From assembly GCF_964204645.1 (NCBI RefSeq), contig NC_134029.1:20888950-20952949 (forward strand): a stretch of 64,000 bases of DNA, in the 5' to 3' direction. Below the pieces are notes generated by a model. That model searched no databases and was not told the origin of the DNA. It saw only the letters and a program-made list of their open reading frames with translations. Positions 1 through 12,000 of this stretch are shown in pieces; the first letter of the stretch is position 1, and each line of letters begins with the position of its first letter. A program made the position numbers and the translations under genes. This stretch comes from Tubulanus polymorphus. Its lineage: Eukaryota > Animalia > Nemertea.

Positions 1-3000
1 CCGTGAAAAGTCCGTCGTTAGCGAATAATCTGTCGCCGGCCAATGTTGGGAATACGGCGACTTCGACATCGATTCAACACAGTTTGAACAATGTAAATAA
101 TAGTAATTTCAACAGTATAGCAAGCAGTACTCTGGATTCTATAGCAATCAGTTCGGCAATCGGAACTATGTCGATGGCTAATATGAGGCCTACAGTTACG
201 CAGGCGCAGAATTTTTTAAATTCGAACTCTGTTGGCGGCTTGCAGCAAAACGGACCGTTAATCATCACCAATCCCGGTCGACGGCCAGTGGGACAACAAG
301 GCAATATTTTAGTGAATTCTCTCGGCGGCCAACAACAACAACAGCAACAAATCGGCGCTGCGCCTTCGCAGAATAACGTCATGGGTCCTCCGGGGATGAA
401 CGCGCAGTTACAGGGCCAACAACAGCAACAACTCCAGCCTCAACAATCACAGCAACAACCGCAGCAGCAGCAGCAACAACAACCGCTTGCTACAGGGGTG
501 AGTAACTAACTTTACTCAATTTCTAATTTATATTTAATCTATTTGGATGATTTGCTGCGAATCTCGGCTTTTCGCCGAACTAAAAGCATGAAATATATTT
601 CATTATTTCGTCCTCAAAATCTGACGAGAACCGAATAAAACGAGCAGTGCATTCTGAAATGTGGTGTAGGGAAAACGTAAAACATTAAGCGCTGGAAAAA
701 TATAATAGTCCACTCACTTTTATAGCTTCCTGATAAAGTGCACTTACTTGATACAGTAACCTGAGTCAAGTTCCTAGAAACTGTACTCTATATATTCTGT
801 GGTACAACTTCTCTTACACAACATGACCTACTTTGTATTCGATGATTTTTAATATGAGACTGAAATAACCGGAGTATCAATGATAATCATTAGCTCATCA
901 TGCTTACTCATTAGCACATAAGTTACTTAACTTATCAAGTCTGGATGAAAGTAGCTTGTATGTTCGGTCTGTCTGTCTGTCTGTCACTCAGGTCTTCGGT
1001 CTAGTACTGTTAGTTTCCTGTTGTCATGGAAACCAACAAATCGGCACAGCGGCTTTTAGCCTTGAGTGTGTATAATTTTTTCAACATTACATATTTCTTA
1101 CAGCTTCTCTTAGCGTAGTAAACAGCGATGATGTTTTCTTTGTTTTTTTTTTTTGCCGGGGTTTACTTGGTACACGACGATGCATTCGTTTTTCAGGCTC
1201 CCGGCGCGACTGCTAATAACCCGATGAACCCGCCCTCGTCGACGCCGACGGCTGATCCCGAAAAACGTAAACTAATCCAGCAGCAACTGGTGTTGTTGTT
1301 GCACGCGCACAAATGTCAACGTCGAGAACAGGCGAACGGAGAGATGAAGCCGTGTTCTTTACCGCATTGTCGTACTATGAAAAACGTACTCAATCATATG
1401 ACCACATGTAACCGAGGCAAATCGTGTCCAGGTAAATGATCGCGTTCGTTTATATCTGAATTCATGTTCTTCACACGGTTTTCTACCATAGAGTGTGGTT
1501 GTTCATTGACCCGGAAATCCTCGGCGATTGGTCAGGGAATGTTTTTTCCTTGCGAAAATTTTGTAAAAAAAAAAGCGCTAAGTTGTTGCGAAATTGGTTG
1601 AGATAATTAGATTGGCGCATATAATCAAATTTTACTTTCTATGTCTCACGTGTTTCGCTGTGTTAACTGATTGAATTGTTAGCGGATAAGGTTAGGGAAA
1701 TCAACTGGGAATAGTCGAGGAGAACGCAATTCCGAAGAAAATGGCCACCCTGATATATTATCTGTACACCTTGAATCTAATCGGTGAATAATGTGATTAT
1801 TCTGTTGCAGTGGCTCATTGCGCCTCATCCAGGCAGATTATATCACATTGGAAGAACTGTACACGCAACGATTGTCCGGTTTGTTTACCGTTAAAACACG
1901 CTTCGGACCGACAGCGTCCCGGGGCGGTCGTACAACCTCAAACTCAACCGCGCCCGCAAGGACAGATGGCGCCGATCGACATTCAGCGAGCGTACAACGC
2001 GCTCGGCCTGCCGTCTCCGTCGAATCCGTTACCGTCGGCGACGGGACCGGCCGGAATACGACCTCAGCTGCCGCCGACGTCGACCGGCGCGGCTGACGAC
2101 GCCTTCACGACGGTTCTCGAGATTAATAAACCCCTAACAAACCAAACTACAAGAGGTACGTCGTAGATGATCGCTTAAAAATTGTTGATCGCAAAATGAA
2201 TAGAAAATTCTGCGTATACTTATGATCAAATCGGTCTCGAATTCATTTTGTGATCAATGATCGTTTCAATTAGTTAATACATATTATAGTAGGTAAGCTT
2301 TTGCGGACCCTGTATATGGAATAGCCCGAGTGTCTGCTAAGACCGGCTCGCTGGCTGGCCCCTGTGATGCGTATAAAAGTGCTATGTCGATTTCTCTGTA
2401 GGTTTATCCTCTCCTGGACCTGGTGCCGGACCATCTATTCGGCCAAAGTTACCGCCTCCATCCCCCGCAGCCAGTGATGATGCATTTGCATCAGTTTTGG
2501 AGATTACTAAAGCTTTGTCCCATCCTACCGAACTACCAAATAGAGGTTTGTTATAGACACTGTGGTTGCTATGTGTTAAAAGCACTCATCAGTTTATGTT
2601 TCTCACTTCGTCTTAAAAATTATCGATCCGTAAATTTTCATTAATTTATTAAAATATCACGACGCTGATGAATGTTTTTGTGTATGATCGCCCTAATCTT
2701 AATAATCAAATCTCAACTCGGAGGTAGATTTTTCGTCGATGGTCATCGGTAAACGTTGTGTTTTATAGGCACCGTCGCCGGTAGTGGTCTGATATCACCG
2801 CCATTAAACGCGTTAAACCAGGCGCCCGCCACTCCTGCTCAAGCGTTACAAGCTTTAACCGGCAATCCGGCGGGACCGGGCGGCGCCCTCGGTCTCGGGC
2901 CGCACGGCAATATACCGCCCGGCAATGAAGCGTTGGCGAATCTGGCTCAGACGACGCGCGGGACTAAAGAATGGCATCAACACGTGACACAAGATCTCAG

Positions 3001-6000
3001 AAATCATCTCGTACATAAACTGTAAGTCTTCAGCGCCATCTTACTGTATTGTCATCTTACTGCTTTATCATTGCTTTGTAAATAAGGATTTTTTGATATC
3101 CACTAAACTGAGTTTAAGAATACGAATTCCCTGATGTTGATTCGGGTTTTTCGAGGAAAATTTTGAAAATAAGTCATTTGCTTATATTCTGAGCTTTTTG
3201 AAGCGATGCTTTTGACCATCCCGTACATTAAAATTGTACCCATCTCCTGCCACTTCACAACTCATGAATTAGAATTTAAACCAACACGGAAACTTTGCTG
3301 AAAAATTTGCTTTGATTTCTCTTTATCTCTTCAAATCACTAATGCAACATAACAGAACATACGGAAGTTTAAAAATCATCTTGAATTCTTGTTTAAATCG
3401 CTAACGTCTGCGTGATTTTTTAATTTCATAGTGTACAAGCGATCTTCCCAACCCCTGATAGAGCAGCATTTAAAGACAAACGCATGAACAACCTAGTCGC
3501 GTACGCTCGCAAAGTCGAGGGCGATATGTACAATACGGCCAACAGTCGGGAAGAGTATTATCATTTACTTGCCGAGAAAATCTACAAGATACAAAAAGAA
3601 CTGGAGGAGAAACGTCAAAACCGATTGAAAGAACAACAGAAACACGGCGTACCTCCCAGTCCTCTACCCGGTATTCGTCCTATCAATCAAAGTAAGTTTG
3701 GCACCATTCTGTAGTAATTGCTCAAAGAGATCGTAATTTATCAAATTGTGAAAATATTTCTTAAACTACGAACATTTTCATGATTCCTTGAACTCGATAT
3801 CGTTTGTGTAAAATATGAAGCGTTAATTCATGCCAATGCACACATGCAAGCTGCCAGATTAATAATACATGGCTACTGTATATTTCGATTTACAGATGGT
3901 CCGCTTCCAGGACTTAATGCCGGACAAAGACTGCCGAATGCTAATATGGCAGGGTTATCTAACGATCCGTACGCTCTGCTGCCGCCGACGCCTCTACAGC
4001 GACCGGTCGGGCCCGTACAGCCGAATAATATCACTGGTTTGTTACCACCAGCAAGGTCTACAACACCGACAACCAATATCAACGCGGTACGTAAATCGTC
4101 TTAGTTTGCTATGATTTTACATAACTTGTTTTTTAGCAAGTCGACTAAGTGCCATTTAATGCGACTATTCAAAAATTCTTACTTTCCGCAAAAAATGTCA
4201 ACGAGTGCTGATAAGTTTTGCATTTTGGCTTACGAGCCATCTGAAAAATTTAAGTAATTTTGATACTAAGACTTGATCGAATGTTGGAAAAGCCAAACGC
4301 ACATCACGTTTGGTCATTTAATGCGTTCTAGTTGATGTATATATTATTATAATTGATATATTATTATCACATCATTTAATATGACCTAGTGCATGAATGA
4401 CAGGTGGTTTGTTCCGTAGATTATTGTTAGTTTGACAAATCGTGATTGATGAGCAATATGTCTATCATGGGTACTATTTATTTAAAAAAATGCTAATTTT
4501 TCCGCAACTAAAATGCTGAAAAGTGCTAAGTTTCACTTAGCCTTACTGCTAGAAAGCTACATGGCTAAAGGAGGATGTACTTAGATTAATGTTTTTCGTT
4601 GAAAATTTTCAGTTGGCTGCACCAAATCCGACGAGTGTCAGCGCGGCCCTTCAGGAATCTCAAAATCAACTACGCGAAGCGTTGAAGAGGCAACAACAGA
4701 ATATACCGACTCCTCAGCCGGCCTCGTCTCTACCCTGGGAACAACCGGGCTCGCAACAACAAGCTATATTACAATCACCGGCTTCGTTGAGCAATGGTAA
4801 ACAAACGCCTCAACAACCGACTCCGCAGGACGGCCATTCATTGGGTAAAGAGATGAAAGAAGAATGCGATATGAAATCCGAGGTTAAAATCGAGCCGAAA
4901 GCCGAGGCGCAAGCATCGCACGATATCGGCGGCAAGAGCGAGTTACCGTTACTCGAAACGGACGTCAAGATGGAAGTGAAATCCGAAGGTGGTAAAGTGT
5001 TGCCGGTCGGCGGTGGAAAAGGAGACGGAATCGTCGGTAAATTAGAGAGCAAGACTAGTTTAATGGCGGCGACGCCCGGTGGCAGCGGCAGCGGCGGGAA
5101 AATCATGAAACCCGAACAGATGGATACGTCGATAAAATCGGAGCCGATGACGCCGAAAACCGAGACGACCGACGACAAGACCGCGGCCGTAGCCGACGGC
5201 GCGGGAGCGTCCGGCGGTACCGACGGTCAGTCTGGTGCCGATGTAAAACCAGCTGATGGCGATGCCGGACCGAAACCGAGTCGCAAGAAGAGTAAGTGAT
5301 AGGCCTAATGTATACGCGGTTTACAATCGGGGTTCATTGCAAACAAGTTTTTCTAAGTGCTTACTTTTGAAGAAATCAAAAATTACATTAAGTGCTTGCG
5401 AAGTGCTTACCCATGGCTTTCGATACCCCAAATCAATATTTTTTTGGACAATTACGCGTTACGCGGAAAATTCATAAAGACTGTGAATCTTTGGTTATGC
5501 CTTTTAATGCTTTTGGGCCTGATGATTTATGTTGTGGATTGGGACAAATTTTTCATTGAATATTTTTTTGTTCTGCGTTGCAGTTTTTAAAGCCGATGAA
5601 CTTCGCGCCGCGTTGATGCCGACTCTGGAGAAACTGTACAAGCAAGACCCGGAGTCGATTCCGTTCCGACAGCCGGTCGACCCTAGTCTACTGCAAATAC
5701 CAGTAAGAATTCTATAGCCGTCATTTCATTCAGGACCCTGCTTTCATTGAACCATATTCAAGGGTAACACACGCTATATCTGACCTCGAATCAATTCGAA
5801 AACAGTAATTTCTCGTAACTAACGCGCAGAATTCGACTCTGATATGAAATGTAAATTTCTCGACGACTTTGTGCGATTTTTCTGATATATCAAAATGATG
5901 AAGGTCAGATTTAGATATGTTGCCTGAATCATTCGCTCAACTCCGAGGCATGTATGTGATAGGTGCGTGTTGAAAAAAATTGACGATAGTAGCTTTTAAA

Positions 6001-9000
6001 AAAAAAAAAACATTATCACGCGGGGCTGTGTATGTATGTGTGTACGTGATTGATTATAGCCAGCTTTGTTTTAACCCTAAACACGATTTGCTTTAGCACC
6101 GGAATTACGAGTGCAGCGCCTACCCATTCATATCATCACAATCATTTCCATCATTCCGTTTGCTTGGTTATATTCCTTTAAACATTTTTATTAGCGTTTT
6201 AAGTTTTGGATGTTTTAAAAGGGGCACTCGTCGCGTAGACTCGATCATCATAGTTAGGCTACTTACACACACTGCTGCAAGGCTTCTGCTTACTGTCATT
6301 GTTCAATCGCGCTCTTATCTAACGCATTTATTATTATCATCATTCTTATGATCATCGTATAATCTATTATTGATTTATTTTTGTTTTTTTTTTCTTTCGA
6401 ATGGTTCACTGACGGTTTGGGTCCATTGCAAATGACTGCACACTGGCTGTACTTTCTATTAAAGTTTCACCGTGGTTTTTTCCCATTTTGGAACGTCCCG
6501 AAATTCATTTGTTGTTCGATGTGTCCACGTACTTATTACCGCGTGCATGCTTTTACACGATTAACATGGACCGAACGTATTAAATGAAGAAAGTGTGCAG
6601 ACATTTGTGAATTGCTGGTCGTTTCATTCGATTCACTAATAGCACATGTTTCATCAACTCGGGCAATGTACTTTGTTGCAGGACTACTTTGAGATCGTGA
6701 AACGCCCGATGGATCTGTCAACGATCCGTCGTAAACTGGACACCGGTGGCTACAAAGACCCGTGGGAGTACGTCGACGACGTCTGGCTCATGTTCGACAA
6801 CGCGTGGCTCTACAATCGGAAAACGTCTCGCGTTTACAAATACTGCACAAAGGTCAGTCTCTTCTCTCCACCCTCAGATCAGAAATACCATTACCATTTC
6901 AGCGCAGTCAACTACTCATTACTACCAGAATTTTCTAAATACTCTCAAAATCAAGAATAATTTCTAGTTCATTTGCAATGGGGTACCGGCAACGCTACTG
7001 TGGAAAGCGGAATTCCACCATAATCCGCCAGGTTCGCTACTGTACGATACTACATCGACACTGGATTTCTTCTCAAACTCAATTAAAATCTAATGATATT
7101 TTCTCAAATTCTATGCATGATATATGAAAATGGTGGCACATATGAACTCTAATTGGGAGACCGAAAATTGGGATCAAAGTTACTTGAAAATGAATTAATT
7201 TTGGTCGAGTGTGTCCTATAACTCGACATCTGTGGCGACATCTGACGGGATAGCTGGTGTGCCAGTTTCCCATTAATTACTATTTTTGATAAATAACTGT
7301 TGTTAATGCTGAAAACTACTGTGACACACCAAGGTAGTCTGCTCTGCATAGTAGATACTTCGACATGGAGAATTCGATGAAATTGATATTTGTATGTATC
7401 GTTCGATGTTTTATAGTTAGCGGAAGTGTTCGAGAACGAAGTCGACAGCGTCATGGAATCGTTAGGATATTGTTGCGGAAGGAAATACGTGTTCCATCCT
7501 CAAGTATTGTGTTGTTATGGTAAACAGCTTTGTACGATTCCTCGCGACGCCATGTATTACGCTTATCAGAATCGGTAAGTAACTGACATTTTCAGGACCG
7601 TATACTAGCGGTACATTACTTTATTCGGCGTTATTCCGTAAATTCATCATCCTAAATATTTGTCTTCTTTCAGTTACGTCTATTGCGAAAAATGCTTCAA
7701 CGAAATTCACGGCGAGGAAGTAGAATTATCTGAAGATCCGACTCAACCAGTCGTGTAAGTCAATATTATACGTTATAACTAATCGTTTTAGAGACGACTT
7801 CTCTACTGCCATTTACTCAATTCTTGTCATTGGAAATATTTAAAGTTTGAACTAGAAACCGGTGCGTCGAAGTAGCTTGAGAATCCAGTTTCTTTGAGAA
7901 GACGGGACTTTCAGATTTTTTGCCATAGTTCTGAAGTTTTCAAATGTTATTTTGTAAACGAAGAATGAGTTTCTTTCTGTGGTTCGTAGGGAAACAGGGT
8001 TTTTCGTGAACTCATAAACTGAGTCAGTCCTTTAATGCATCTCCCGATGAAATGATTCTACCAGAAATAAGAACGTTTTGATTTAAACGAAGAAAAACTT
8101 GAATTCTGAATGTTTTTCGATTGTATTTCTGTTTTTCAGTAAGATCAAGAAGGATCAATTCGTGCGAATGCGAAATGATCACCTTGATCCCGAGCCGTAA
8201 GTTGGCAGTGTCTATTTTCATGGGCACTATCATCTTAGAAAATGCACTAACCTGACCGCTTTTACTCGCGACCCAATCGAGCCTCAATTGTTTAGATTTC
8301 AAAACATTTCAGTTGAAATATTCAATATAAATGGCTCGTTGGGTTATTACAACCTTATTCACTATAAATGTACTCCTCGAATGAACATTAATTTCTAATG
8401 CTTAATTAAACAATGGGGGTATAATATATGTACTTGGGCGGAAGTGAAAGGTTGTACGCTATTAAAGCTGTCATGTTTTGTAGTTTTTTTGGCTTGCCTA
8501 GCTATATTTAATAGCACTTCAGGTTGTTGGATCGTTTCGTCGAATTTCCGCCTTCGGTCTCTTTTTTGTATCGCGGGCGGAAATTCGACTGGAAACTCAA
8601 TCACTCCCTGTGGCTTTCTCTCCTTGTTATATATATATATATATATCAATCTGTACTGACATACGAAACGCCCCTGACCTCGTTCTGAATTTGTTGTTAT
8701 CCTTCAGTAAAATCAAGAAAAGCCAATTCGTTAAGGAAAAGAACGACTCTTTAGATTACGAACCGTAAGTTTAAATGACGAAAGGCGCAGGTCGTGACCG
8801 CATGCATCGAATCGTAAAGATTTTCCGAATTGAGACGATACGTGAATCGTCTTGGATAAAATCTTCTATCAATCACTAGTAATTTGTAGTGGTGTCGTCT
8901 GTCTGTATCGGGTGTTGAATGAATGTTTCCCGGAACATTTTTCCAATGAACCTCATACAGTCTTGCGTTTGCTGTGTATCTTTATCAATACTAATATATG

Positions 9001-12000
9001 CTTATAAATTAAGTGTATTAGTGCGTAGTTAATATGTATTAAGCAATGTCTAATCTTGTAATTAGTTAAGATATTCAATTTCTGATAAATGCAAAAATTA
9101 GAATTAATACTTAAAAATGAAAAACAATCGAGATTTGAAAAGTGTTTCTTCCCTCGATATTCGGAATAAAGTTTATACGGGTATTGAGAGCGAAGAAACG
9201 TTGCTATTCGCGGAGTCTGTTCATGGTTTTGTGTTATCTACGATTTCAGTTTTATCCTGTGTCAAGAATGCGGACGAAAGTTGCATCAAATATGTGTTCT
9301 ACATTTCGATCCGATTTGGCCGAACGGGTGAGTTTTAAAGATCATCAGATCATCTATCGTAGAAGACGCGATATTCTATGTATTCGATATTTTATGTCGC
9401 TTGTCTTCCGTTTCAGTTTTGTATGTGATAATTGTCTGAAGGCGACGAATCGGAAGCGGAAAGAGAATAAATACACGGCGCGGCGTCTGCCGGCGACGAA
9501 GCTCGGCACGTATTTAGAAAATCGAGTCAATTCGTTCTTGAAGAAGAAAGACTCCGGTGCTGGAGAGGTGGTCATTCGCGTGCTGTCGAGTTCGGAAAAA
9601 GAGACCGACGTCAAAGCTGGAATGAAAGCCAGGTTCGTTGTGGATATAAGTTATTATCTTCTAGAATGATGATTTGATACAGATATTCTCTGTATTAATT
9701 CAGGGTACAAAAGCTTAAAAGTGCTTACTTTTGAACAAAATTTAGTAAAGCCCTTAAAACGAGTAGTATTGTATTCCAAATTATTTTTTTGCCGATTTAT
9801 GTTGTGGACATGGATGAGAGCTGCGAATGATAAGAAAAGTGTCACTTGTGCCTAACAAAAGTGTGCTTACTTTTGCTATCAAAACGTGCTTGAAATTTTG
9901 CTATTTTCACCTCAGCCTTACTGCTATGAACCCTGTTGATTTGTTTTATTTGTAGATATGTGGAAACCGGTGAAATGAGCGAGTCGTTTCCTTACAAAAC
10001 GAAAGCTATGTTTGCATTTGAAGAGATCAACGGAACTGAAGTGTGCTTCTTTGGAATGCATGTACAAGAGTATTCATCTGACTGTGCTATGCCAAACACC
10101 AGGTATGTCGTTCAGTTCTTGAATCCACTGTTATTGTATGGGTGTCATAGATTTTCAGATGTGAACATTTTTAATTGTTCTTATTTCAGGCGAGTTTATA
10201 TATCATATTTGGACAGTGTTCATTTCTTTCAACCACGCCAGTACAGAACTGCAGTTTATCACGAGATATTAATCGGATATTTAGATTATGTCAAACAATT
10301 AGGGTACGTATGCACTGCTGATATGTTAACAGGCTCGCGATAGCTCTATGTTCAGGGATGATAAAAAATAACAATCGAATGTCGTAAATTTTGCAGGTAT
10401 ACAATGGCTCATATATGGGCGTGTCCTCCCAGTGAAGGCGATGACTATATATTTCACTGTCATCCGCCTGAACAGAAGATTCCCAAGCCGAAACGTTTAC
10501 AAGACTGGTATAAAAAGATGCTTGATAAAGCGATTATCGAAAGAGTCGTCATCGACTATAAGGTCAGTTTTTCGGAGGATATTTATTCAGGGACCTGGCA
10601 AAACTCAGTCAATCCTAAAAATCGAGGGAAACTCGGGGAATTTGACGAATTTTGCACAAAAAAAAAACCAGGAATACAAGGAATTTGGATATGTTATTGA
10701 CCATGCTTTTCTTCTTTATCACTAAGTGATTCATAAAAAAATGAATAAATTGTAACTAATAGACCAAGAAATTCCTCGGAATTATTCAGGGAATTTATAA
10801 ACTGCTGGAAAGTGGTCATACTGTTATTTATTATTGAGGGCTTTGTTCGATTGTTTTACAGGATATACTGCGAGACGCTATAGAGAACAATTTAAAAAGC
10901 GCCGCCGAGATGCCGTATTTCGAGGGCGATTTCTGGCCGAATGTCCTCGAAGAGAGCATCAAAGAGTTGGAGCAAGAAGAAGAGGAACGTCGTAAACGCG
11001 AGGAGGCAGATGCCGCGGCGGCTGCAGCTGCCGCAGCTGAAGATACGTGCGAGTTGCCGGAGAACGGCGACGGTGGCGCTGATGTGAGTATTATCGAGAA
11101 TATTCGACGTAATTGGCAACGCGACGAAGCGATCGTTCTGAGTTGAATTATTGATGCTTACGTTTGATTTTAGGGTCAAAAGGGCAAGAAAAAGGGCCAG
11201 AAAAGCGGACGCAATAAGAAGGCCAACAAGAAGAACAACAACCAACGTAAGAATAGCAAGAAATCGAATCTTCCTCACGGTGGAAATGATTTGTCCGCTA
11301 AACTGTACGCCACAATGGAAAAACATAAAGAGGTAAGTCTCATAGGCTCGAAATTTAAAAGTGTTTCGTACATCTGGGCCCAGTTTCATACATCGGTATT
11401 AACTTCACACCAGCGGCCTAACGCAATTATTGGAATCGAATGAGATAACCCATGGGTTAAGCCTGAATCAGGTCGACTAAGATCCAATGAGATAAGTCAG
11501 ATCTTATGCAGTGAAGTCAGCGATCTTTAAATCAGGTACCTTTTTCGACATGAGTTTACGCGACGGATTGATCACTATCTGATCGTAAGCCGAATTGTAA
11601 GGATAGAACAAGTTCTATTTCCTATGATCGATCTGAATGTCCTAGCCGATTGGCGACAAGTATTGCATCACATGACTTAGCGAGTCAACAAACAACAAGA
11701 CTTGGGGACTCGAGGAAGTGTACTACCGCGGTTTTACAAGAATTTAGTCGGGTCCTAAGTCGACCTGAGCTAGGCTTTATAGGATAGTCTCAGTCTATAA
11801 AATTGGCCATCGAGTATTTGAATAGGTTGCTCAATCAATCGTTCGATTTGTTTCAGGTATTTTTCGTGATCCGGTTGCATTCTGCTCAAACGGCTGCGTC
11901 GCTACCGCCCATACAGGATCCCGATCCGTACATACAATGCGATCTGATGGACGGACGAGACGCGTTTTTGACGTTAGCGCGCGAGAAACACTACGAGTTC

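Noticed and set aside
6098-6167. Possible extra exon in the long CBP bromodomain intron (ctttag|caccgg...cttg|gttat)
   Set aside because: 70 nt, weak donor and no similarity to CBP; it could be a poison exon, but the sequence alone does not support it.
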